From Promethearchaeota archaeon (GTDB lineage Archaea > Asgardarchaeota > Lokiarchaeia > Sigyniarchaeales > SOKP01), in NCBI GenBank assembly GCA_048938445.1, contig JBHLME010000037.1:1-35234 (forward strand): DNA of 35,234 nt, given 5' to 3'. Both the position numbers and the translations under genes were made by a program. This document shows, in pieces, positions 17,264-26,759 of the stretch. The stretch's first letter is position 1. Each line of letters opens with the position of its first letter. The notes below the pieces were generated by a model that searched no databases, had not been told where the DNA came from, and was given only the letters and a program-made list of their open reading frames with translations.

Positions 17264-18583
17264 TTGATTTATGACTTGAAATATAATATCTTATATCTAC
17301 CAACGCGATATTTTCCTTCAATTTCAGGAGCAGAATTTTATCTACAAAGAATGGCAGAAATATTAACACGAGATTATGATTATAATATAGATATATTCAC
17401 TTCAAATGCTATAGATTTTAGGGCTCTCAGAGATCCTAAAGGAAAAACAATCAACGTTAACGATATATATTATAATAATGTGAATAATTTAGAAATAAAC
17501 AGGACTTCAATTAATTATAATATTTCAGATGAAGATAAACTAAAATATCTCAAGCAATTTGATGAATTTAAATCATTAAAATTATCAGATGACCTCCTCA
17601 TGGAAATTTTTAATAATGGACCCTATCTGCCAAATTTAATCGACTTTTTTTTAAATTCATCAAAAAAAAAGTATCACCTCATTCATACAACTTTTTTTCC
17701 ATATTTTAATTTAGTAATTAGCCTATTAATTGGAAAAAAATTAAACATCCCGGTAATAGTGACCCCATTTTATCATTTTTCAAATCCAAGGTACATAAAT
17801 TCAATAATTTCGGGACTTTTAAGAAAATTTGATCTTATAATTGCATGTACAAATAAGGAGAAAGAGGTTTTAACGAAGGAACTAGGAATTCAAGGTGAAA
17901 AAATCGTTGTAATTCCGATGGGTGTAGATTACGAGAAATTTATGGTATCTAAAGCAGCAAAAAAAAATATCTATAGTTTTAAAGCAAATTATTTCAATAA
18001 AAAAGAGAAAAACCATAAAATGGTCTTGTTCTGCGGATATAAGAATTATGAAAAAGGGGCGCTTTCATTGCTTAATGCAATACCAAGCATCTTAGAAAAA
18101 AAAAGAAAAACCAATTTTGTATTTATCGGACCCGCTACAATGGCATATAATAGGGAACTTTCAAAAATAAAAAAACATACCCCTGCTAGAATTATAAACC
18201 TTACCCCAGATAATTTAAATGGCTATTATGACAAAAAAAAAATTTCAGCATTTAAAGAAACAGATATTTTTGTCATGCCTAGTAGATCAGATGCTTTTGG
18301 AATTGCCTTTTTAGAAGCTTGGGCTTCAGGAAAACCGGTTATAGGCGCAGATATAGGTGCTATATCTGAAGTGATAATGAATAATGAAGATGGCTTATTA
18401 GTAGAATTTGACAATCCTTTAGAATTAGCTAAAAAAATAATTTACTTATTGAAAAATAAGTCTATTAGAAAAAGATTTGGTACTACTGGAAGAGAAAAAG
18501 TAAAAAACAAATTCACATGGACAATAATAGCTAAAAGGACTCATGAAATTTATCAAGATATAATAAATAACAAGCTTAAATGA
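17264..18583 (+). CDS. Glycosyltransferase family 4
   Basis: YFPSISGAE, VIPMGVD, FVMPSRSDAFGIAFLEAWASGKPVIG, FTW. Start may instead be the TTG at 17276. Confidence 0.9.
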   Translation: MIYDLKYNILYLPTRYFPSISGAEFYLQRMAEILTRDYDYNIDIFTSNAIDFRALRDPKGKTINVNDIYYNNVNNLEINRTSINYNISDEDKLKYLKQFDEFKSLKLSDDLLMEIFNNGPYLPNLIDFFLNSSKKKYHLIHTTFFPYFNLVISLLIGKKLNIPVIVTPFYHFSNPRYINSIISGLLRKFDLIIACTNKEKEVLTKELGIQGEKIVVIPMGVDYEKFMVSKAAKKNIYSFKANYFNKKEKNHKMVLFCGYKNYEKGALSLLNAIPSILEKKRKTNFVFIGPATMAYNRELSKIKKHTPARIINLTPDNLNGYYDKKKISAFKETDIFVMPSRSDAFGIAFLEAWASGKPVIGADIGAISEVIMNNEDGLLVEFDNPLELAKKIIYLLKNKSIRKRFGTTGREKVKNKFTWTIIAKRTHEIYQDIINNKLK

Positions 18584-18590
18584 TTGAATC

Positions 18591-19811
18591 ATGAAAATAC
18601 TTGCTGGGAATAAATATTTAATAAAGGATGATAAAACTCTTACAATTGATAAAATCCCTATTTTCGATTTTTTAAGAAAATCAGATACGCCAATGATGAT
18701 ATTTCTGGAAGATAAAATAAGAGATAATATTAAATCATTCATTGAAGTATTTAATTCAGTATTTTCTAATTTTGAATGTTTTTATTCTTTTAAAGCTAAT
18801 TTTCTTCCAGAGATCTGTGAAATTGTGAGATCAGAAAATATTGGTGCGGAAGTAGTTGGATTACCCGAACTCAATTTAGCCTTAAAAGTAGGCTTTCCTC
18901 CGAATAATATATTGGTTGGAGGTCCATATATCCCGAATGATCTTATAAAGAAGAGTATTGAAAATGAGATAAAAGAAATAATTATCTATAACTTGAATGT
19001 ATTGGAAAAAATTAATGAATGTGCTAAAACTCATGGTATTATTCAAGATATTTGCCTTAGAGTTAATTCGACAAAATATAATAGTAAATTAGGTGTCAAT
19101 TTAAATGAAAGTAATATTATAAAGCTCATTAGAATAATAAAAAGCTGTAAAAACATCAATTTCAAAACAATCTTGTCTCACTTTAGCACTCAAATGAATA
19201 ATTTAGATCGATTTAGAATAAACGTGGATTCTATTATTAAAAATCTAACTATATTGAAAAATAATGAGATTAATATTGAAAATATAAATCTTGGGGGGGG
19301 ATTTCCTGAAGCAACCGTGATGAATCAAACTCAATTAGAGAAGATTGCTATTGGGATAAAAAAAAAACTTAAAGAAGCAAATATATTGCATGAAAAGATA
19401 TACTTTGAACCGGGACGATACTTTATTGGTGATGCTGGAATATTTTTATCAAAAATTGTCAATGTAGATGATGAACGATGGGTTTTTTTGAACATTGGGA
19501 ATCATATCTGCCCTAAATTTGCTAAATGTTCTTTACGCTTTTATAACGTATCTCAAATTGATCAACCACATAAATTTGAGACTTCTTTTGCGGGGATAGT
19601 TCCTACAGATCAAGATGTATTGGCAAAAAATTATTTCTTCACAAAAGAATTAAAAGAAGGAGATCTTGTATTAGTTTCAAATGTAGGGGCTTATTGTATA
19701 ACTTTTTCAAATCGTTTTCCATATTCACTACCTAATATTTATCTTGTAAGAAAAGAAAAAATTAAGCAAATATATAATAATGCTAGTGGTTATGATTTGT
19801 CATTAAAATAG
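18591..19811 (+). CDS. PLP-dependent fold-type III decarboxylase (diaminopimelate/ornithine decarboxylase family), substrate uncertain
   Basis: YSFKAN (PLP lysine), SKLG, NLGGGF, FEPGRY, NVGAY; the usual GPxCES motif is replaced by GIVPTDQD. Confidence 0.8.
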   Translation: MKILAGNKYLIKDDKTLTIDKIPIFDFLRKSDTPMMIFLEDKIRDNIKSFIEVFNSVFSNFECFYSFKANFLPEICEIVRSENIGAEVVGLPELNLALKVGFPPNNILVGGPYIPNDLIKKSIENEIKEIIIYNLNVLEKINECAKTHGIIQDICLRVNSTKYNSKLGVNLNESNIIKLIRIIKSCKNINFKTILSHFSTQMNNLDRFRINVDSIIKNLTILKNNEINIENINLGGGFPEATVMNQTQLEKIAIGIKKKLKEANILHEKIYFEPGRYFIGDAGIFLSKIVNVDDERWVFLNIGNHICPKFAKCSLRFYNVSQIDQPHKFETSFAGIVPTDQDVLAKNYFFTKELKEGDLVLVSNVGAYCITFSNRFPYSLPNIYLVRKEKIKQIYNNASGYDLSLK

Positions 19812-19940
19812 CTTATTTAATTGTTATTTACATTTTCTATAAATAATTATCCAATATTACACTAATATCACATCTATTTTTTTACATTCTTATTTATTTT
19901 TTACGTAGTCATTTTTTAGTTAAATTAATTTTTAAATCAC

Positions 19941-21047
19941 GTGTTTCAAATGGAAAGAATACTTAGAGAAGCAAGAAAAAGAGAATTAAAACACCCAAAT
20001 TACAACGCTATAGGTTATGCAAATATTAAAATAATAGGTTGTGGAGGTGCAGGAAATAATACCATAAATAGATTGATGAAAATTGGAATTATGGGTGCAC
20101 AATGCATTGCTTTAAATACTGATCATCAACATCTTGAAATGGTTGAGGCTCATAAAAAAATCTTGATTGGAAAAAATTTAACAAGAGGATTAGGTGCTGG
20201 AGGGAATCCGGAAATAGGTCGGGCCGCTGCAGAGGAATCTAGAGAAGAATTAAAGAGTATCTTAAGAGAATCTGATCTAGTTTTCATAACCTGTGGTGAG
20301 GGTGGGGGAACAGGAACAGGTAGTGCTCCAATTGTAGCTGAAATAGCGAAATTAGAGGGGGCTATAGTTGTTGGAGTAGTGACTCTCCCTTTCAATACGG
20401 AAGTCGGGCGAATTGATATTGCACAAAGAGGTTTGGAAAATTTAAAACAATTTGTTGACACATTGGTGGTAATTGATAATAATCGGTTGCTTGATATTGC
20501 TCCGGATTTGCCAATTTTAGAAGCTTTTAGTGTAGCTGATGAGGTGTTGTCAACGATGGTTAAAGGAATAACTGAAACTATTTCTTTACCATCCTTGATA
20601 AATCTGGATTTTGCCGATGTTCGAACCATTTTGGGCACGGGAGGTGTGGCAATCGTTGGAATTGGTGAATCGAATGGAAATGAAAATAGAGTAGAAGAAG
20701 CTATAAGAGATGCATTAAACACGCCTCTTTTAGATGTTAGTATCGAAGGAGCAAAAGGCGCTCTAATACATGTTTGCGGTGGTAATGATATGACCTTATC
20801 AGAGGCCAATTCTGTTGCAAATAAAATTTATGAAAAAATGGATGTTAATGATTCAATGGTTATTTGGGGCGCTAGAGTTTCAGAAGAATTCGACGGATTT
20901 TTACGCGTAATGCTTTTAATAACAGGAATTCACTCCCCCCAAATATTTGGTAAAACTCAATCAATAAATCAAGTAAATAACAGTTCAAATATACCTAGAC
21001 AAAAACTAAATCTTTCTGATGATCTTTTTGATATTGGAGAAATTTAA
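19941..21047 (+). CDS. ftsZ: Cell division protein FtsZ
   Basis: GCGGAGNN, GLGAGGNPEIG, GGGTGTG, INLDFADV, VIWGA. Start may instead be the ATG at 19950. Confidence 0.97.
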   Translation: MFQMERILREARKRELKHPNYNAIGYANIKIIGCGGAGNNTINRLMKIGIMGAQCIALNTDHQHLEMVEAHKKILIGKNLTRGLGAGGNPEIGRAAAEESREELKSILRESDLVFITCGEGGGTGTGSAPIVAEIAKLEGAIVVGVVTLPFNTEVGRIDIAQRGLENLKQFVDTLVVIDNNRLLDIAPDLPILEAFSVADEVLSTMVKGITETISLPSLINLDFADVRTILGTGGVAIVGIGESNGNENRVEEAIRDALNTPLLDVSIEGAKGALIHVCGGNDMTLSEANSVANKIYEKMDVNDSMVIWGARVSEEFDGFLRVMLLITGIHSPQIFGKTQSINQVNNSSNIPRQKLNLSDDLFDIGEI

Positions 21048-21101
21048 AAATAGTTTACATAAAATATCTATGTTTTTATTTATCTTTAAAAATTAATTCA
21101 T

Positions 21102-21467
21102 ATGGAAAATAAATATCAAGATGATATTCAAAAAGAAATCAATTTAATTTTGGAGAGAATTCGCTCATGGAAAAACTTATTTTTCATTGCTAGTGAATAC
21201 TATTTTGATGGATGGTCAATTATTCTTAAAGAAAAAAATGCTTATCCTCGAAGAATCGTAATTTTTAAATCTTACTTAACAAATTCATATTCGATTAAAA
21301 GTTTTGAAATTCATTTCGATACAAATCATAAGGAAAAACATGAAGAACTCTATTTCGTTGATAAGATTAGAACACCAGAGGAGGTTTTAAGGGAGATAAA
21401 AGAAATCATTTATGGAAAAGATTTGTTTAAATGTATTAAAAAAGAGATGATTCAAAAATTATCTTAA
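21102..21467 (+). CDS. Hypothetical protein
   Basis: 121-aa ORF directly downstream of ftsZ; no motif recognised. Confidence 0.6.
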   Translation: MENKYQDDIQKEINLILERIRSWKNLFFIASEYYFDGWSIILKEKNAYPRRIVIFKSYLTNSYSIKSFEIHFDTNHKEKHEELYFVDKIRTPEEVLREIKEIIYGKDLFKCIKKEMIQKLS

Positions 21468-21471
21468 TTTT

Positions 21472-22032
21472 TTAAAACTCTGGTTTGTATAGCTGTTTAA
21501 ATTCTTCTTTCTTTTTTTCGTTATATTTATTATCTAAATACTTTAATACCGTGTGATGGGGCATTCCATTAATTAACATACTAATTGCTTTTCGACCAAC
21601 TTGTAAATTTTCGTAATTCCCGATAATTGCCACGTTCTTTCCATAAACTGAAATAAGACATTCTGAATATCTTTCAATTGATTTACGCATTTCTCCATTT
21701 CTTCCTATTATTCTCCCCTTAATCCTCTTTATTCGATTTTCGGATTTACCTAATATTATCATGAGATTAAATATTTCAAGATCATGGTCTTCATCCAACA
21801 GTAACATTGCTTTTTGAGGATTAAAACCTCTATTAATTGCTGAAATAATTTTTTGTGCTGTAAGCACGTTCAAAGGATTATAATTAGCATCATTTAAGCT
21901 TGGAATAACTTCACAATCACCTGTTTTGCTATTTAGATCTATTTTTACTCCAAGTTTCTTCTCAATTTCTTCTTTGGTTTGCCCATTTTTTCCAATTACA
22001 ACAGCTATCCTAGCTTTTTGAATTTTAAACAA
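21472..22032 (-). CDS. KH-domain rRNA-processing protein (Dim2/Pno1/Krr1 family)
   Basis: RIAVVIGKNG, AINRGF.P..A, RIKGRIIGRNG, ISVYGK; follows rio1. Confidence 0.92.
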   Translation of the reverse strand: MFKIQKARIAVVIGKNGQTKEEIEKKLGVKIDLNSKTGDCEVIPSLNDANYNPLNVLTAQKIISAINRGFNPQKAMLLLDEDHDLEIFNLMIILGKSENRIKRIKGRIIGRNGEMRKSIERYSECLISVYGKNVAIIGNYENLQVGRKAISMLINGMPHHTVLKYLDNKYNEKKKEEFKQLYKPEF

Positions 22033-22118
22033 TACTATTCTTTCTCTTTTTACAATTTGTACTATTTTAATTTCTTTTTTTATTAAAATATTTAATTATT
22101 TGTCTTTTATCTCTTTTT

Positions 22119-22976
22119 TCAATAGTTAATAACTTCATAATAAAATGATTCAGGATCAAGGTTTTTAAGTCCAAATTTAAAGAAAAAATTATATATATTT
22201 TTTATATCTCTTACCAAGTATATTTCTGCTTTGGGATGCTGAATTGAAACAGCCTGAGATATATCAATCATGACGGGTTTTTGATTGTGATATAAAATAT
22301 TAAATTCACTTAAATCTCCATGAACCAAATTCGCTTTTTGATAAAGTGTTTTTATAAAAAATGAGATTTGTTCTAAAACGGAAGATGGATCTTTAATATT
22401 TTTAATATCCTTTAATTTTGGAGCAGGAATTGCCCCAAATCCTATATACTCCATTATAAGAATATTATTCTTTATATATATAGGTTCAGGTACTCTTAAT
22501 CCGGCCTTGTATGCTCTTTTAAGATTTTTAAATTCTTTACTTGCCCATAAAAATATAATTTTAGAAATATTGTGTGGAATTTTCTTAAATCTTGGATCTC
22601 CAATAATATAATTTCTCATCCACTTAGAAGTATTACTATCAATCTTATATATTTTTATGGCTACTTCTCTTCCATTTCTATCATATGCAAGATAAACATT
22701 TGCTTCTTTTCCGGCTGAAATTACACCTTTAATACTTTCTAGAGGGCCATTTCTTAATAGTTTATTTAATTGGAATATGGTCCGTTCATCAAAAACAGAT
22801 TCTATAGTAGCACGTTTTTTGGATTCATCAATTTTTCTAATACGTTTATTATCAATACTTCTTTTTTGTAAATCATCTATGCTAGAACTCAATTTATCCT
22901 CAATACGATTATCAAATAACTCCTCATCGTCATCTACTCCCATATCTAGATTTGAACTATTATTTTTATGTCCCAA
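22119..22976 (-). CDS. rio1: RIO1 family serine kinase/ATPase
   Basis: ISAGKEANVY, AIKIY, YIIGDPRF, WASKEFKNL, LVHGDLSEFNIL, IDISQAV. Confidence 0.95.
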   Translation of the reverse strand: MGHKNNSSNLDMGVDDDEELFDNRIEDKLSSSIDDLQKRSIDNKRIRKIDESKKRATIESVFDERTIFQLNKLLRNGPLESIKGVISAGKEANVYLAYDRNGREVAIKIYKIDSNTSKWMRNYIIGDPRFKKIPHNISKIIFLWASKEFKNLKRAYKAGLRVPEPIYIKNNILIMEYIGFGAIPAPKLKDIKNIKDPSSVLEQISFFIKTLYQKANLVHGDLSEFNILYHNQKPVMIDISQAVSIQHPKAEIYLVRDIKNIYNFFFKFGLKNLDPESFYYEVINY

Positions 22977-23903
22977 TTAAAGATCCTCTTGTTGATTTTT
23001 ATTCATCACATTTTTATTAAAGAAATATTCATAGGTTTTAATCAATTTAGAACCATTTTTGTTTCTTAATATTATCTTATTTTTAGAGATATTCTCTACT
23101 ATAAACTCATCATCATCAATCAAAATCTCATCATTTCTATTAAATGGTAAAAATTTTAGTAAAACTTTTTGTCTATATATATTTTTTCCCCTTTGGGAAT
23201 CGCGACCTACTAATTTTTTCGACCTCTTTAATAGAAAATGATATTTTCCCTTTAAAATTCTAATAATATAATTCAATAATTCATTCGTGCTTAAATAAAG
23301 GTCAATACCATATTTTGCATCAACAGTTTTAGTAATGTATTGTCTATGGTCTGTATCGAATTTATCTTCAACACTCTTATATATGTAATCTAAAACCTCT
23401 TTAATTAATCCAAAATGTCTTTCATCCTTGACTCTAAGTTGCATGATAGATATGAAATACATTCCTCCTCTAATATTGGTACAATTTTTACATAATTCAT
23501 AATTAATGTTTATTGTAATCTGATGTTGGTGGAATATTTTTTCATTATTTCTTAAAGAACCTCTAATGAATAATTCTAGAGATATAAGTAAATCTTTAGA
23601 GGAGAATTTTAAACTCTCTTCATTAAAACTGATATCAAAGTCAAATTCATTTTTTTTAGAAATTGTCTTTAATAAAAATCGATGAACTGCTTCATCAATT
23701 ATTGAATAAATTTCATTTTCTTCGGGTTTAATCCATTCTTCTTTTATGGAAAAACTTCCACAATCAAGACATGTCCTAAAAGTGAACTTTTTTGGTAATT
23801 CAAAAAGGTCTTGTTCTTTCAAATAACATTCAAGACACATACCAAAATGGGGTGCATCTCCATTTAAATTTTTTCCACAAATAGCACAAAATCGATGAAC
23901 CAT
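22977..23903 (-). CDS. nmd3: NMD3-related large-subunit biogenesis protein
   Basis: Four CxxC pairs, YFISIMQLR, GIDLYLS, SKKLVGRD..GK.IYR. Confidence 0.9.
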   Translation of the reverse strand: MVHRFCAICGKNLNGDAPHFGMCLECYLKEQDLFELPKKFTFRTCLDCGSFSIKEEWIKPEENEIYSIIDEAVHRFLLKTISKKNEFDFDISFNEESLKFSSKDLLISLELFIRGSLRNNEKIFHQHQITININYELCKNCTNIRGGMYFISIMQLRVKDERHFGLIKEVLDYIYKSVEDKFDTDHRQYITKTVDAKYGIDLYLSTNELLNYIIRILKGKYHFLLKRSKKLVGRDSQRGKNIYRQKVLLKFLPFNRNDEILIDDDEFIVENISKNKIILRNKNGSKLIKTYEYFFNKNVMNKNQQEDL

Positions 23904-23905
23904 GT

Positions 23906-24202
23906 TTATAACATCATTTTCATTGCCATTGGTACACCATTTATAACTTGAACACCATCTTTAGAAAGGAGTTTGCAACTTATGGCGTGATTAATTATAT
24001 TTTCACCTACTATATTAAAATTTGAGGCATCGCTTAAAATTTCAATAGCTTCCTCTAGATTAACTAATTGTCCACCATAAAATTGTTCAGTAATTTCAAT
24101 CCTCAAATTTCCTTCCTTAAAAACTCTTTTTAATAATTCCTCATCACAACAAGCAACACAATCCATATCATTTCGAACATGTAATTTTATATATACTTTC
24201 AT
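23906..24202 (-). CDS. DUF424 family protein
   Basis: VACCDEELL, FYGG, NIVGE, INGVP.A; usual position next to aIF2-beta. Confidence 0.88.
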   Translation of the reverse strand: MKVYIKLHVRNDMDCVACCDEELLKRVFKEGNLRIEITEQFYGGQLVNLEEAIEILSDASNFNIVGENIINHAISCKLLSKDGVQVINGVPMAMKMML

Positions 24203-24226
24203 GAATTATTCAAAACGTTTTTAATT

Positions 24227-24640
24227 CTATTTTTCTTTTATTTCTTCCCTTGCTCCACAGGCACCACATTTTAAAAACAATTTCTTACCTTCTCTCTGTA
24301 TTTCCGTATCTGGTTTATTACATATACTGCAAAGTACATATGTTTTTGTATAATTTTCAATCAATCTATTTAAAACCTGCTCTTTATAAAGAGACTTCAT
24401 AAATAATTGCTGGCCCCTGATTTCTCCGAAAGTTCCTGCTTTCTTTAAAAAGATAGTTAAAAAATGGTTTCTATCTCTATTTAAAATGTATATTATTTTA
24501 TTAAAATTTGTAATATATGTGTTTTTACTTTCAAATCTTAATTCTACTTTAGGAATTTCGAATCTTTTTGATTTTTTAACATTATCAGGTATTTTTTCAT
24601 ATGCCTTGTCAAGTAATTTATCATAATCGTATAAATCCAT
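24227..24640 (-). CDS. eif2b: Translation initiation factor 2 beta subunit
   Basis: YDKLLDKAY, RFEIP, TNF, YVLCSICNKPDT, CGACGA. Confidence 0.95.
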   Translation of the reverse strand: MDLYDYDKLLDKAYEKIPDNVKKSKRFEIPKVELRFESKNTYITNFNKIIYILNRDRNHFLTIFLKKAGTFGEIRGQQLFMKSLYKEQVLNRLIENYTKTYVLCSICNKPDTEIQREGKKLFLKCGACGAREEIKEK

Positions 24641-24733
24641 TATTGAACAACTTTTTTTATTTTACTTGTGATATAAAACTCTTTTTAGAATTAATTTTTT
24701 ATCATTTTTTTCATGATAAACAAGTATGTTGCA

Positions 24734-25471
24734 TCAATAACTTTGAAAAATATTTTCTTCTGACTGATATATTCTCGATTCCATTTCTAAATCTCTAATA
24801 CAACTTTTTAAATCCTCATCTGAAATATTTAAATTTTGTTTCAAATCATTAAAACTTATTCCATTATGGTGTTCTTCTATTAAAGTGAATATCTTTTCTT
24901 TAATATCATCCGTTTTGGAGCCTGCTTCTTCCTCATATAAATTATTTAAATCAATTTCATCGGGAATCACGTCAATTAGATCAATAGTGTTTTCATCCTC
25001 TGGAATTTCTTTTATATCTCCCGTTTTGATCTTTTTTATTATTTCTGCATTTCTTAATAAAAGTAAATTGGGATCTATGACTTTTTTCATTATTTCGGGA
25101 GAAATGGAGATATAACCATTCCAATAACGGATTAAACCAACAATATCTACTAGATCTCCTTCTTTATAATTCATATATTTTTCTGGATCAACGCGCCAAA
25201 TAATTGCTCTTATAGTATCCGTGCCATCATCTAAATCAAAATCTATTCTCGTGTTAGAAACATCATCACTTTCAATGAAGTCATCTTCTTGAGCCACTTG
25301 ATTCATTATGCTTTCCCTTTTTTGAACAATCGTTGCTATAATTCTAATTCTCTTGATCTTCCCAAATATCGTAAATAAAGACCTTGTTTCTTCAGAATAT
25401 TTTCCCTCTACAATATGGTGAATCCAGCAACGAATTGCGGGTTTTCTTTTATACCGTTCAACTTCAGTCAT
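24734..25471 (-). CDS. rpa2: RPA2/RPA32-like protein (OB fold, acidic linker, winged helix)
   Basis: KRKPA, RIRIIATIV, LDDGTDTIRA, VDIVG; C-terminal wHTH GISFNDLK..IRDLEMESRIYQ. Confidence 0.82.
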   Translation of the reverse strand: MTEVERYKRKPAIRCWIHHIVEGKYSEETRSLFTIFGKIKRIRIIATIVQKRESIMNQVAQEDDFIESDDVSNTRIDFDLDDGTDTIRAIIWRVDPEKYMNYKEGDLVDIVGLIRYWNGYISISPEIMKKVIDPNLLLLRNAEIIKKIKTGDIKEIPEDENTIDLIDVIPDEIDLNNLYEEEAGSKTDDIKEKIFTLIEEHHNGISFNDLKQNLNISDEDLKSCIRDLEMESRIYQSEENIFQSY

Positions 25472-25572
25472 GGGTAATAATAAGGATGTGTTTTATTAAT
25501 TTTTTAATCATATATATATAAAATTCAATAAAATTTAGAAATAACTATTAAGTTATAAATAAAAAGAAAAAA

Positions 25573-25716
25573 TGGTAGCGGGGGTTCGATTTTCAGCTTA
25601 CTGGATACCAGTATTTTTTAACCTTTGAACGAACGATCTCAGGGTTTCTTCATGATAAAGAACAGCCTTCACCATTTATGAGCCCTGCGGCATAAACCAG
25701 GCTAGCCCACCCCGCT
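25573..25716 (-). tRNA. Initiator tRNA-Met(CAT) with two introns (25646-25676 at 37/38; 25590-25623 at 59/60)
   Basis: A1:U72 acceptor AGCGGGG/CCCCGCT plus ACCA; three consecutive G-C pairs in anticodon stem CAGGG/CCCTG; T stem GTTCG/CGAAC with BHB TTCA/TGAA. Confidence 0.9.
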
Positions 25717-25885
25717 AAAATTTGAGATGTATATAATGCTAATCTGGTAATTATAAATTAATATTCTAATCTTTTAATTTTTTACTATTATTTTAGGTAG
25801 TATTATAAATAATTTATATTACTCTTAAATATACTAAATTTTTACACTCTCTTTATATAAATTATTAAATTTTCATTATTTTATT

Positions 25886-26641
25886 ATGGCAAAAACACAT
25901 AATTATTCATTTTTTGGTCAAAACACGGGATTATTAATTAATAACCCTTCAGATAAAGAACTTTTTTTCTTTATTCGAAGCATAAAAAGGAAACCTGACG
26001 GTAGTTGGGAAAAACCTTCTAATGGAGAGGGGAAAGTTATCAAAATTTCATTAGATGAAACGGTAATGATCTTAGAAGTACTAAATCATAATACTTTAAA
26101 TTGGACTAGTTACCACACGTTTAAAGACGATAAAACCCAGATATCATTTGGTTGGGAAGATAAATCTACGAAGACTTTATGGATAAAAATAGCTAATTAT
26201 TCAAAAATGTTAAATTTTGCACAAGCAGAAATTCTAAGAAGATTATTAGAACATTTCTTAAATGAGAAGATTAAAAATGCCACCATAATGAATAATAATG
26301 GAAAAAGCGATCAAGAACAACTGAAAGATGTTTCACATAATTCTCAAAAAAGTAAAAATAGTAATCAAGAAGATGTTTGCCAAATTAATCTCGGAGAATC
26401 TCAATATGAGCAAAACTTGGATAATGGCACAAATGATAAGAATCTAATGAATGAAATTAGCCAATTGAATGGAATAATTCAAGGAGAAACTGAAAAGGCA
26501 CTACTTATTAATTTTAATTCAGGACAAGAAATTTGGGTTCCCAAATCTACTATTCACGGAAAATACACTCCAAGAAAAAATCTTGAACAAGAATTCTTAA
26601 TTGATGATTGGATTTTAAAAAGGAATAAAATAATATCATGA
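25886..26641 (+). CDS. Hypothetical two-domain protein; N-terminal Whirly/PC4-like putative ssDNA-binding domain
   Basis: Duplicated beta-sheet/helix pattern (W..KISLDE..L..YH...LNFAQAEILRRLL), N/Q-rich linker, C-terminal ETEKALL..WVPKS..DWIL module. Confidence 0.5.
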   Translation: MAKTHNYSFFGQNTGLLINNPSDKELFFFIRSIKRKPDGSWEKPSNGEGKVIKISLDETVMILEVLNHNTLNWTSYHTFKDDKTQISFGWEDKSTKTLWIKIANYSKMLNFAQAEILRRLLEHFLNEKIKNATIMNNNGKSDQEQLKDVSHNSQKSKNSNQEDVCQINLGESQYEQNLDNGTNDKNLMNEISQLNGIIQGETEKALLINFNSGQEIWVPKSTIHGKYTPRKNLEQEFLIDDWILKRNKIIS

Positions 26642-26759
26642 TTTTTTTTTTAAGAATTTATTAAATTCTAATTCTTATTTTACCTAAAAAAAATAAACTT
26701 ATTTTTCCTTTCTTAATTAAATTAGATAATTATTATTTATAAAAATCAAAATCGATTAA

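Noticed and set aside
20150-20809. 219-aa minus-strand ORF
   Set aside because: Antisense shadow of ftsZ with no protein-like motifs.
25716-26700. Integrated element at tRNA-iMet
   Set aside because: No integrase, no duplicated tRNA 3' end (att site) seen, and the flanking genes are housekeeping.
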